A DNA stretch of 63,786 bases, counting the filler, from Folioceros fuciformis (taxonomy: Eukaryota), in NCBI GenBank assembly GCA_049999805.1. It is 6 parts of 6 records of this genome, joined end to end, with 100 filler letters (N's around TTAATTAATTAA, not from the genome) between each part and the next. Parts side by side here need not be neighbours in the genome. Positions count along the whole stretch, not along the records: positions 37,375 to 59,243 come from JBNGIO010004610.1; positions 59,344 to 62,486 come from JBNGIO010004633.1; 4 more parts are not named here. One strand, written 5' to 3'. Positions 50,309 through 62,486 of this stretch are shown one piece after another (positions within the stretch are counted from its first letter, which is position 1; each line of letters opens with the position of its first letter). A model generated the notes under the pieces. It worked only from the letters and a program-made list of their open reading frames with translations, did not search any database and was not told the origin of the DNA. The translations under genes and the position numbers were made by a program.

Positions 50309-50713
50309 TTTACTTGCTCAACAATGTCCATTCCACATCATGATTGTCAATTCTTGCGTGTAAATGGCCTTCAGCAACTTCACCTCTACAACCTCTCTCA
50401 AGCTCCTACTAGTTGTGAAACACAATTGCATTGTAAGGAAGTACCTAAACTCCTAAAAAATCGCAATTGTTACTACTAGTGTTAAGCTCTATCCTCCCCT
50501 TTTCTCCTCTCTCACAAGCCTTTTCCAATGCTCCTACAATGAAAGGTTCAACCTGGTACATATAGGTTCCTTTTATCTTATTATAGCATATTGGCTCGTG
50601 TTTCTTAATAGCTAGAAAAATAAATTTTCATATTTTTTAGATTTAATTTAAAAACTTTAATGCTTTGATAAAAATACATATTTAATAGAATATCAATTCA
50701 ATATTGGACAATT

Positions 50714-51274
50714 TTGGTAGGTATAGCTATTCATAATGGTCACACTTGTCGTGAATGTAGAAAGACTATACATGTCAATGCTCCCATTTATGTTCGTGAT
50801 GGACGAAAGATCCGACTATTTTATCATTTAGATTGTTATTCTGGGGAAGCAGATCCTCGATCACAACAACATAGCTCAATTCATAATCTTGAGAAATGGG
50901 GGAACAACATTAGCACTCAAGCTCCTAATGAAAAAGGTTATGGCAAATGGTGGACAGGGGAATATGGATATCAAGCTGGTGGAAGAACCCTAGTTTCTTC
51001 ATCAACATCTTTGAATGAAACTCAACAAAATTCTCTATTGTTTCACCATGATATAAATGAGGAATATGCTTATAAAAGGGGAAAAAAAGATAATACTCAA
51101 AAATCTACTAGCAATCTCAATGTCATGTCTAATGTTGATCATGCTCTAAGGTTGATACATAATAGGCTAAATATTTTAAAGTATACAAATAATAAAAATA
51201 CACACATAATACATTCATCTACAAATTTTGGTAGTGGCTCTAAGGAATCTAATATAAATCTCAAACCAAAATAA
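50714..51274 (+). CDS. AT-rich ORF/exon with a C-x2-C...H-x2-C (PARP-type-like) Zn finger; possibly a pseudogene
   Basis: GHTCRECRKTI...RDGRKIRLFYHLDCYSGEADPRSQ...APNEKGYGKWW...YGY in a 186-codon open frame within very AT-rich DNA. A candidate upstream exon MKGSTWYI at 50539 does not join cleanly. Confidence 0.55.
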   Translation: MVGIAIHNGHTCRECRKTIHVNAPIYVRDGRKIRLFYHLDCYSGEADPRSQQHSSIHNLEKWGNNISTQAPNEKGYGKWWTGEYGYQAGGRTLVSSSTSLNETQQNSLLFHHDINEEYAYKRGKKDNTQKSTSNLNVMSNVDHALRLIHNRLNILKYTNNKNTHIIHSSTNFGSGSKESNINLKPK

Positions 51275-52122
51275 GAAGGTTAAAAAATCAGATATTTGTT
51301 TTACGTAAAGAAAAATTGGAATCAATGCATAGTAGAAATTCAAAAGTTTGATAAGATTCGTGTTGACAATTCATTATTTTTGTACCATTTATACAAAAGG
51401 TTAAAGGTCAAAGATGATATTCAAGGAAGATATTCAAAAGATAGTAAGAGTTATGGGCTTTTAAATCTTTTTATTCTCTCTCTCTATATACATACATACA
51501 TGCATATATCCACAAAGAAGTTATGCTGATAACATATATTTTTTTTCTTAATATGGGAATTCTAATGTTAATTATGAAGAATCTTTTATTCATAAAGGTC
51601 ATAACTTATTTCTATTCTTGTAATTTATAATCTCATGAAAGTCATTAAAAAGAGGCTTTCTATTTTTGGTAAAAATGAAGTCCTTATTATGAAAAAAGAG
51701 ATGAGAAACTCATCTTACATTTATCTATGATTAGAAGTTCAAATATCCAAAGGAACTAATTAATATGGAGTCAAATATACATAGGATGTGGAATTCTATG
51801 AATTGGAAAATATGAGAGGAGAAGATGGAATTCTAAACCTTGTACCAAGCATGAAAAAGTGCACAATCCCTTAAGGAGCGTTTTATAGCGGTTTGGTGGC
51901 TACACTTTGTAACACATGAGGGTTTTCCATCATAAAGCAAATTGTCACTGAGTGCAACAAAGCAATTAATTTAGTTTATATGGTTTTATTTTGTTTATTT
52001 TAAAGTTATATTCTTTTTATGTTTTTTTCTTATTTCCTTTGAATGTTTTAAGGGTTTTCTTTTCTCCCTTTACTTTTTCTTTCTTTCCTTTGGAATGCCA
52101 TAGGACCCTCTTTGTTAGAACA

Positions 52123-53840
52123 TGTTGTGGGCAAGCGGCTGTGGTATCTCTACCAGCCACCCGCTCACATGTATCGTGGCCACATCAATCCCACGGTCGT
52201 TGTAGGCTTCTCGGGAATCGTGCCCCTCTGAGCCTGGTCAGCTACGTTTATCGTTCCCCTACAATAGTCAACCCTTCCAATCACATACCTACCAATCCTG
52301 CAACACGTCCAGTCAGTAGGAAGGCACCATTCCTTCACTTGGAAGGGCCCCAATACCTCCCCCTACCAATTTCTACCTCCCTACACTCAATACCTTTTCC
52401 TCACAAGGCTCCCTACGACACTTTCCTCAAACCCCACAATCTAGCTGCTCGTCTCCCTATGCCCAACGACCAACAAGTTTCCCTTCGAGCCTGCTCAGTT
52501 CCCTCCAACTGTGTTTATCGTTCACCTACGACATTCAACCTTCCCTAGTGCATACCTTCAACATGTCCAATTAGTAGGAAGGCACCATTCCTTCACTTGG
52601 AAGGGCCCCAGTACCTCCCCCTACCGATTTCTAACTACCTACATCCAACACCCCTTTCCTCACAAGTCTCCTTACAACACCTTCCACAACGATCCAGCTG
52701 CTCGTCTCCCTACGTCCAACAACCAACAAGTTTTTCCTTGGGCCGGTTGTTGCGTGCTTGCGCTTGTTAGTGAGAACTTCCAGGGAGTCTTTCCCTGGAG
52801 TCTACCCTCAAGCCAACAGCCACACAGGTATTGCCACACACCTACAGTAGCACGGCAACCATTCACAAGGGAAGCAACTTGCAGGGGTGCCCATGGAAGA
52901 ATATAAGCCCTTCGCCAAGCACTTTGACCAGTGCAACTCTAGCCACAACGAGGCGCTATGATGGCACACAGCCGGCAACGAGATTCCTACAATCTGCTGA
53001 GCATGAGAACTCGCCTTGAGAAGAGTGCAGAATGTGGTGGTTCATTTCTTTGTGTAGCCCTTCCTTATAGGAGAGATCGACACATGAACCCTCTCTTACA
53101 TGTAGGTGGTGACCTACCCTTCTCTCACACTAGGCGCCACCAACTTTAACTGCGCACACCTACCAAGAGACTAAGTCCTTCCAATAATTGCTAGGGCATT
53201 GCACTCCACTGAAGATTAGGACTGCCGCGCTGCCATAGAAGATTCGTTGACCCTCTCTTCAAAAAAGTGTGGCTAGGACTGCTCTTGAAGGGAGGCAGAG
53301 TCTAAAGGTTGAGCTACTAGGCCCCCCTCCATTATTGGGATTCGTCTTCTTTTGGATCCACGAACTTGCACCGTACCTTCCTTTGTGTGGATCTCTTGGG
53401 ATATCCCTTCACCACCACCTTCAAGTTTGGTAGGGAAGGGATCCACTTGTTCTTCAACTTGAGGTTCCTTCCCTACGTAGGGTGAGGATGTCCCCTTCGT
53501 AGGTAGGTTCCCTACACCTCGTAGGTAGATTCCCTACCCTTCCTCTCGTAGGTAGGTTCCCTACCATTCCCACCCATTGTCGTAGGTAGACAGCCTACCC
53601 CATTGCCTTAGGTGGGGTGTCTACCGTATAAGTACCTTCCCTACCTACGTAGGTATCTTCCATTTTCCCCACGTAGGTACTCTCTCTACGTATGTAGGTA
53701 GACATTCTACTACGTAGGAATCTTCTTATCCTAACCTATTAGAATAGAACTAAAAAAATCCATAAAAACCTTCACCAACCGCTCACTACCTACCATGGAC
53801 ACTTGCCTAGAAACCTACCTTCCACATGCCTCCCTTCAAA
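52123..53840 (-). mobile_element. Putative long (~1.7-kb) LTR on the minus strand preceded by a PPT (gypsy-like)
   Basis: Minus strand reads TTTGAAGGGAGGCA|TGTGGA at 53840-53821, with a candidate end ...CACAACA at 52123. Internal gtaggtaggttccctac repeats (53470-53720) recur inverted at 62428-62486. No second LTR is visible to confirm it. Confidence 0.45.
52247..52744. repeat. Diverged tandem duplication of ~265 bp
   Basis: gtttatcgtt...agtaggaaggcaccattccttcacttggaagggcccca...agctgctcgtctcccta occurs from ~52247 and again from ~52513. Confidence 0.85.
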
Positions 53841-54449
53841 TTGTTCTGAACAAGAAGAAACCAAGTTAGACTTTCCTAGACCGATTACCAAACTTTTCCG
53901 TTCCACACATGTGAAGGTCATTCTCAAGAGATGTGTGTGGGAAATTGTTCAAGACTTAGGATGTGAGGCCCATATGTAACTCTTCATATTTCAAATACAC
54001 TTCATGAACCTCTACTAAAGTATCGGCAATGGTTGCACATGCAGGCATCATCTCTATCATGCTCTAAAAGATCTTGACTTCTTACATCCAACTTCCCTCA
54101 ACTCTATGACCGACCAAGTCTAGCATGTAAGTTTGCATTATATATATATATCTGTATATATATGTGAGGTGGCCAGCCCCTATAGGAATATACACACACT
54201 CTCATAACAATGCACATAGATGCCTTCGCTTGGGTGCTTCCTCCCCATCGTGCACACCAAGGCTACCGACTATCCCTCCACTCTTTGGTGGTTCACTACA
54301 CATGAGATCGACGAAAGGAGTAGCACCTAAGGGGAGGTTAACACCACTTCCAGATCCCTCTCCAAGTTCTTCAATCTTTTCATCATACCTCACCTGCCTC
54401 TTTTGCTTACAAGCACCACCTAACACGTCATCAACTTCCCTCATCCTCT

Positions 54450-55039
54450 TGATCTCCCCCCAACTTCTAGACTTTCGTCCCTTTTTACTTCACCCAAATT
54501 ACGCTCTTCTATCCTTGTATTCAAAATAACTTTCCACTTCTTCTTCCACTCTTGATAAACTTTTATAGGCATCATAAGCCACTTAATGGTATTTAAATCC
54601 ATAGCTTGCCCAAGCTTTTTGTTTCTCTACTCAAATGTTATGCCCTCCATGTCATTGGTATTTGTATCAAAACCCATCGCTCTCTCTCTCCATGGGAGAT
54701 GGCACATCCCACATATTTCTCTTCGTGTCAAATATCATCCTAGGTCCATCCCCCTTAAATGCATTAGCATTTTCAAAACTAACAAATGTCAGCGATGCTC
54801 TCCTAAGTTCACCCTTTTTATTTATACAAATAAAAGGGTTATCTGTCATGTGAAGTCACCCGCTTACTTACTCGCCCCTCATCTAATATCTAATCAACTA
54901 TCAAATCATCATCCCTATGCCATCGATCTACATGCCTTTGCAACAAATGCTTGGGCATCATAGTATTCCAGAAACACCCATGCCTATGAGCCCTAGATCC
55001 AAATTGCACCGCATCCAACTCTACAGGTATTAGAAAAGC
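54450..55039 (-). pseudogene. Decayed C5 cytosine DNA methyltransferase catalytic C-terminal half (DNMT3-like motifs VIII-X)
   Basis: Reading across 2 frameshifts and 2 stops gives PVELDAVQFGSRAHRHGCFWNT...ILDEGR...PSPMERE(R)AMGFDTNT...GITFE*RNKKLGQAMDLNTIKWL. This matches the DNMT3-type pattern DA..SAAHRARYFW / ER.FGFP..YT / R.KLLG in order. Confidence 0.75.
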
Positions 55040-55139
55040 NNNNNNNNNNNNNNNNNNNNNNNNNNNNNNNNNNNNNNNNNNNNNNNNNNNNNNNNNNNNN
55101 NNNNNNNNNNNNNNNNNNNNNNNNNNNNNNNNNNNNNNN

Positions 55140-58100
55140 GCATTTACAGTTTAGACAGTTCAATAACCACTTAATAATTTGTATAAGACAATTCGTTTTA
55201 GCAATAAACAATATCCTTTTTGCTTCACACTTGAGAGGACGCTTTCCTTCCATGGCTCCCAAGAACATCCATCGCCTAGCCTCCTCACCTCGATCTTGCC
55301 ATAGCTAGCTTCATAGCTTTTATGGTATCAGAGCTAGTTCAATGAGTCCTTAGCAAATGCGATGGGTGTCAATCCATCTTGAATGCATCACTTTGCCTTC
55401 AAGATGTCGAAACAAAGATTTCCTGCACCCAACAATCTTCTCTAATGCGCCCACTTTCTGCTTGCTTGGGCTAGATTCTTTGTTCCTTTTGTAGATCTAT
55501 GGAGAAGAGGGCGACTTTGTCAACTCCCCAGAGTCATCCCGCACGTTTTCCGACGCCCAGACGTGAATGCCGACATCGACATCCTGCCATTGCATATGTT
55601 CTTCGCTGCATGACCGAGAGAGTCTTGCATACGAAGAAATCCTCTCCAAGACGCACCAATGAAGATAAAATTGCGTCTCTTCACAGAGAGCTCTACACTC
55701 TACAAATGTGTGTGAGGGAGCAGGATGCATTCATCTCAAGGATATTTGAGAACGTTGAGGTTCTTCACTTGTCTTGTGTAGAACATTTTCAAACGGATAT
55801 CAAATCTGTTAGTCCTCCTTGAGCTAGAACACGTATGTCTAGCACCATGTTGTAGTTTCTCGTTTATGATAGATAGTTCAGACTTTGAGGATGAAATTGT
55901 CGTGGACATTTCATCTCTCTTTGCTGAACCTCCTAACCTCTCTGTCTCGGATTTCTCCCCGAGCAATCTCTTAGAAGGACAATGTCCACAACCATCAGTC
56001 CCTAATAGGACTCTTAATCCTTTAGTCATGTTTGGAGCCTCATCTTCTGTCCTTGTTGTTCCTGCCTTGAAGATTGAATTCAGGGACAAGGACAGGTTTA
56101 ATGGCACAGACTATAACATTTGGGCTATGAGACTCACCCAAATTTTTGAGGAGAATGAGCTGTTGTCCATTGTGGATGGCAAAGAACCTAAGGTGATGAT
56201 GACACCTGCTAGAACGGCTGACGAAATCCTAGCCTAGGAGCGTAAGGATAGACGAGCACGTTCCATACTCATTGCTGCCTTAGACAGAAACGTTATGCCA
56301 CACACAATAGATGCGAAGACATATGCAAATGTGTGGAAAGTTTTTAAGTCAATTTACCAAGATAAGAGCTCAGCGTCTCTGGTGCATGTGCACAGAGATT
56401 TTTTCAATTTGAGAATGAGGGACAATGAGCCTGTTGAGGCTTACATCAACAAATTTAGGACTCTTCATGCTAATCTTGCGTATTGTGGCACAGTGCTCAC
56501 GGAAGTACAAGCAGCGATAAGCGTCCTGGCTTCACTTCCTGAGAGCTATTAGCATTTTGTTGGCAGTCAAAATGCCACAATACACGCAGCTGTTCAGGCG
56601 GCAACATCAGGTCAACCACCAAAAGTGACTCTCGAGGAAGTCATCGATGCCCTCATATCTGAAGAACGCACAAGGAGCTTCCACAAGAATAAGAGTTCCA
56701 CTACCAACAACACAAGAGTCCTCTTCACGTCAAGAAGACGAGGTGGTTTTCGTGGGCGTGGCAGAGGACAAGGTTCCTACACAAACTCACAGCGTGATGT
56801 GACCACAAAGAAGACCATTGTTTGCAACTGGTGCAAGATACCGGGACACTATGAATGTGACTGCTGCAAAAAGAAGGGAGGTGAACCCAGACGAGAACAT
56901 CCTCCAGAGAGCAACATCACTACCAGCAAGACTAAGCAGCCCACCATCCTGGCAGTTTGTTTGTCATCCACACAAGTACAATCAAACACATGGTTTCTCG
57001 ACTCTGGAGCTACAAGTCACATTTGCTTTCATAGGCGTGCTTTTTCTTCCTTCATTCCTTCTGCTGATGCAAAGCTGTTTGTCTTACAATAGTGGACTTT
57101 CTATCAAAGGCTCAGGCTCAGTTATCATTTACCTACCTGATTCTACTAGACTTACACTCACAAATGTTCTTCATGTTCCTTCAATGACCAAAAACTTGAT
57201 GTATGTTCTAAAGTTGTCACAGGAACATTATTGCCGAGTGTGTTTTGATCAACAAGGGTGTTATGTCTCAAGTACTAGGTCTGGACATGATCTTTTCTCA
57301 GGCTCACCTTTTCATGACTTGTATCTCTTGAATGTCAAAACTAATCTCAGTACCATTCAGTCAGTTCACTCTACAAAAGTCCCCTCCACACAATTGTGGC
57401 ACTGTCGTCTAGGACATGTCAACTTCTAACGTCTTAGTTCCCTTGTCAAAGGAGAAAGTTATAGAGAGCCTTTGGATTTCTCTTTTGATAAGAATACTTT
57501 TTGTGAAGCCTGTCAGTTGAGTAAGGCTCATTCGCTGCCTTTCAAGGAGTTAGCCCTTAGCAGAGCCGATGGTTTACTTCACACTGTACATAGCGACATA
57601 TGTGGCCCCATGTCCACATCTCCTTTGGAGGAGCAGACTATTTCTTGACGTTCATTGATGAATGGAGCAGATACTATGTGGCTTACTTACTTCGACATCA
57701 GAGCAAGACTTTCGACTACTTCAAGTCTTATGTTCAGTATGGTCAACGGCAGACTACAAGTAAGATTCGAATTTTGCGAACGGACAATGGTGGTGAGTAC
57801 ACCAGCCATGCCTTCACTTCATTCTGTACACAGGAAGGAATTCTTCACCAGTTGACAGTTCCTTACACTCCATAAAAGAATGCCTTCTCAGAACGCAAAA
57901 ACAGAATTTTGCAGGAAGCTACTTTGGCTTCACTGTCCTTTGCTGGATTAACCCGTGGATATTGGGCCGAAGCTTTGATGGCCGTCAACTGTGTGCAGGA
58001 TCGCTTGCCAACAAAGGAGCTTGGCCCCATAACTCTGTATGAGAGATGGACGGGCAAGAAGCCCCAAGTACGTCATCTACGAATTTTTGGTGCTCCTACC

Positions 58101-58677
58101 TATGCCCTTGTACCTCCAGCATTGTGTTCTAAATCAGATCCTAAGGCTTCAAGACATGTTTTTGTTGGCTACTCAGAAGAAGTGAAGGGTTACAAGTTGT
58201 TCAACCCTATCACTTGTCAGCTCACCATCTCCAGGAGTATGGTTTTTCATGAGGCAGCCCTTCTTCGCCGTCATATTGCAGCTTTGCTTCTGGATGCTAC
58301 TCCTTTCCCTTCTTCTACCCACGACATCGAAGATTCAGCACTCATGGATACTGATGAGATGAGTATCTTCGACGACAAGGATGCTTCTCCTTCTCAGGGG
58401 CCAACTGGAGCAGTTCCAACTTCTGATCATCCAGATGGCAAGAATGATAAGGTTTCAGATGCAGTGTGTCCTTCAACGCCTTTGCTATCAACAACAGAGC
58501 CTTGTGACGTCAGTGATTCTCCGACTCTGTCTAACATAGAAGTTTCTTTAGTTGAGTCCATACCCACGTCTGTTGCCGAAAATGACCCTGTTGAGACAAC
58601 TTCACCACTCCGTCGGTCTACCCGAATTCGACGTCCCATGCATGAGTGGAAGGAGCCTCCCTTTTCTGCACACACAG
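55140..58677 (+). mobile_element. Truncated decayed Ty1/copia element (partial LTR, PBS, gag, protease, integrase; RT missing)
   Basis: PBS TGGTATCAGAGC at 55323-55334; DKDRFNGTDYNIW; CNWCKIPGHYECDC; WFLDSGATSH; LWHCRLGH; LRTDNGGEY; FVGYSEEVKGYKL; LRRSTRIRRP. Confidence 0.92.
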
Positions 58678-59243
58678 TGTGAACCTCCAAAGTTTGGGAT
58701 AGTGGTTTGTTTTGGTTGAAAAAGGGTTAATAGTGGTATGGTTTGGTTTTCTTTTTCTACTTATTTTCCCTAATTTTCCTTTATTTTATGGTTATTTTCT
58801 TATTTTTCTTTGTGCAAATTAGGTTAATTGACCGGGAAATAGTTGGTTTGGTTATAAGAGTGGGTATAGGTTTGGTCCCAGACTTGGGAAAGTTTAGGTC
58901 TGGTACCGGACCATAGGGTCGAGAAAGTTTGAGTCTAGGTTTGGTGATTTGGTTTATTATTAATTAAAGATATATAGTATCAAATGATTAAATAATATAG
59001 AATAAATAAAAATAATAAAATAATGGTTTGAACCTAGGAATGGGAATCTGGGGTATGTCAGAGGGTCAGAGTCTATGTCGGGTTTGGCTGGACTAAACGG
59101 CCATGGAGGCCGTGCCCTAGCTAGGGTAGGGGCTGCGGCCGCTCCCATCCCTTTCTTCCTCTCTTCCTCCCTCCCTTCCTCCATTTTCCTCTTCTCCCCC
59201 TTCCCTCTCCATCTCTTTGTCCCGCTTCTTCTTTTGGATCCAC
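58678..59243. mobile_element. Probable nested insertion (LTR-like, starts TGT) interrupting the copia pol
   Basis: Abrupt switch from pol coding sequence to T/G-rich non-coding DNA at TGTGAACC. Confidence 0.4.
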
Positions 59244-59343
59244 NNNNNNNNNNNNNNNNNNNNNNNNNNNNNNNNNNNNNNNNNNNNTTAATTAATTAAN
59301 NNNNNNNNNNNNNNNNNNNNNNNNNNNNNNNNNNNNNNNNNNN

Positions 59344-61077
59344 GGCATATCCCTTGGCCACAAGCCTTGCCTTGTACCTGTTGATACTACCATCTGCGTT
59401 GTGTTTGACCTTGTACACCCATTTGCAACCTATTGGTTTCTTGCCTTCAGGTTGTTGTACTAGGTCCCATGTTGCATTCTGATTTAACGCATTCATTTCT
59501 TCATCCATAGCATGTTCCCACTTTGTGTCTCCAATAGCTTCTTCAAAGCTTCTTGGTTCCACATCCTGTACAACCTTTGCCATATAGGCATGGTGCCTAG
59601 CTACATAGCTATCATAGGTCAACCGCTGTATTGGAACCTTCTGCCTTCCAGATCTCCGTGGGATTGAACCACTTCCAGGGGCTGATTGAACCTCTTTTGC
59701 ACCAGGTGTTTCGATTTTCGGTACACCGAATTCCTCATCCAAGCTCTGCTCAGAGTCGCTTGAATCATCCGCACCTGCACTTAGGTCTGGTATCTTTGAA
59801 TCCTGGACTTTTTCCTTCCCTTTGCGAGACACAGCTGTGGAGCTCGTAGGACTCACACTACCTCGCAACCTGCCACTCCATGGATTCTGAACAGTTGTCG
59901 AGTTTGATGACGCTTGCGGTCCACTCAACACTTGTGATTGTTGACCTGCATTGCTTGTTACCTCAGTTTCAAGCACATCAGCTACACTACTTCCTTGTAC
60001 TTCAAAGTACCAGCTACCCATTTCATCAAAGACTACGTCTCTGCTTACTCTCATAGTCCGTGTACTGGGATTGTAGCACCTGTATCCTTTCTGTGTAACA
60101 GAATACCCAATGAAGACACACTTTTCTGCTTTTGGATCAAGCTTAGTCCGCAACTCATCCGGAATATGGACATAAGCAATGCAACCAAATACCTTTAAGT
60201 GTGACAAGTCAGGTTTCTTCCCTGTGAACTTCTCCTCCGGTGTTACACTGTGCACCGCTGCTGTGGAAGTTCTGTTCATGATGTACACTGCTGTGCTTAC
60301 AGCTTCAGCCCAATAGCAGTGAGGCATCTTCTTCTCTGTCATCAAGGCTCTCGCCACTTCTGCTATGTGCCTGTTCTTGCGCTCTGCAACTCCATTTTGT
60401 TGTGGCGTATAACGACATGAGTACTGCCGTTGAATGCCCTGTTCTGATAAGAATTTGCTGAACTCTCTGGAGAAGTACTCTCCCCCTCCATCAGATCTTA
60501 GGCATTTGATGTGCCTACCTGTCTGCTTCTCAACCATCGCCTTGAAAGTATGAAAATGAGTGATCACTTCACTTTTTTCTTTCATGAAATAGACCCACAC
60601 CTTCCTTGTGTGGTCGTCAATGAAGGTCACATAGTACTTGCAGCCTCCGATTGATGCAATCTGTGTAGGACCCCATACATCTGAATGCGCAACATCCAAC
60701 ACATATCTGCTGACATGTTTGTCATGGGGGAACGCATTCCTAGGCTGTTTCCCAAGTTGACATGCTTCACATATACCTTGCAGTCCATTTTCTGTAAGCT
60801 TGGGTATGCCTGTGACAACCTTCTGATGCTGCATGGACTTCAACTTCTGCACATTTACATGTCCAATGCGTTTGTGCCACATCTCTAGGTCTGTCACTAC
60901 CCTTGTACCCTTCGCAAACATGGCTGACTTCAGCTTAGGAACCTCCACGTTCAAGGTGAACATCCGTCCAACCTTCTGTCCTTGAGCAATCAGGCGACCG
61001 CCTTTCTTGCACTCTTCAACAAAGAGTCCTGCAGGTGTAAATCTAACCTGCAGTCCTTGCTCAACCATCTGCCCAAC
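59344..61077 (-). mobile_element. Ty1/copia pol fragment (GAG-pre-integrase, integrase, start of RT) with an uninterrupted frame
   Basis: About 575 stop-free codons: MWHKRIGH, CEACQLGK, HSDVWGP, LRSDGGGEY, TPQQNGVAERKNR, KKPIGCKWVYKVK, YKARLVAKGYA. Cut by a linker at the 3' end and by foreign sequence within the SVGQM motif at the 5' end. Confidence 0.95.
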
Positions 61078-61078
61078 T

Positions 61079-61336
61079 TGTCAATAGGATCGACTCCAAT
61101 CTACGTGCAAGTGTAGGAGAGGAGAGGAGAGAAGAGAGGGTGGTATTGGTGATCACAACCATGAAAACAATACACATCACCACTGTCTTACTATGGAGGT
61201 CCGAGGTCTCCATTTAAGTAGTACATTTAGGGCTACACAACTTCCAGGTTCAATATGGGATAATCTACACTATCCTAAGTTCACTAATAACTAGAACTAG
61301 TATAGTATGAACCCAACTGGGATAACTAACACCACA
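61079..61336 (-). mobile_element. Putative LTR of a nested element (TGT...ACA)
   Basis: Starts at the break in the copia ORF and shares a ggagaggagaaagagag tract with the LTR at 63513. Confidence 0.4.
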
Positions 61337-61794
61337 TGAGTTTAGCTCATATAGAGCTCGATAACTCAACACTAGCTGGCTGGACCTGCCAGCTGTAGTC
61401 TGGATCCGGCCAGGCTGCTTGCGAGCTTGCCTGGATCCGGTGGCAATCCGGCCAGTATCTGCCTGGATCCGCTTGTACCGCTAGGGCGCCTGCCTGCCCC
61501 CTTGGATCTGGCCAGGCAGCCAGCCCGCAGGGCTGCCTGCTGCAACCCCTAGCCAGCCTCCTCGCTATCCTGACCAGCCAACCATGGCTGCCTAGATCCC
61601 GACACCCTGCCTGCCCGCAGCCGGGTGTCTGTGCTATTGGCGCAGCCACCCTCCAGCTGATTCGCTCAGAGGCCGCCTATCACTTGATCCAGCCAAGGGG
61701 CCACCTAAGCCCGCTGGCTAGCTGCCTCAGCCACTGCTGCTAGCCTCCATCGCCTGGCAATCCCGCTAGTCTGGTCTCCATCGTAGGCCGCCAA

Positions 61795-62486
61795 TTGGGC
61801 GTGGGGTGCCCTATCTTCGACCCTGGCAAGGCAACCACCCGTTTGGCCTACCCGGCGAACCAGGAACTCCAGCAACGACTTGAAGCAGGGCAACGAGAGC
61901 GAGTGGACAGGGAACAATTGACCATCCAATTAGAAGACCTTCAGCAGGAGAAAGCACAACAAGAAGCTGAGCATCAGACCAAGATTCACAGGATGCTGGT
62001 GGTTTGAGCTCGTAGGTTTCGTGCTGACTATGCCTACTTGACGGGCTGCATGACCAAGCTTCATGCAACTCATCAAGAAAGCCTTGACCTACAGTTGAAG
62101 GTAGGGGAAATGGAGGCTGAACGGGATATCGACAAGAGTAGATGCGAGGGTGGGGATTGGGTTGTTGACATGGATACCATAGATCTAGCTCAATAGAATC
62201 GCAACCTCCACCTACACCAACGTCTACTCGCTCATCACAAGGAACTGACAGCATTGGCAAGGCGAAGGTATCTTGGGCCACATGATGACGACCGTGAGGC
62301 CTTGGAGACAATGCCTCTACCAACAGACTTTCAAGAGGACAGCAGTATGGACCTAGAGAGCTCGCAATGGGAACCTGAGGAGCTGCTATGGGCTAGGAAG
62401 AGCACGCAACAAGGGGTACCTACTCCCGTAGGGAACCTACCTACCAGAGGAGGGGTAGGGAACCTACCTACCAGAGGAGGGGTAGG
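61795..62486 (+). pseudogene. Decayed coiled-coil-rich ORF (~230 codons, 2 internal stops) ending in 27-bp tandem repeats; likely retroelement accessory or gag-like ORF
   Basis: ORFs 61795-62007 and 62254-62486 are in the same frame and joined by open sequence with a single extra TAG; Q/E/L heptad-like composition. Confidence 0.4.
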
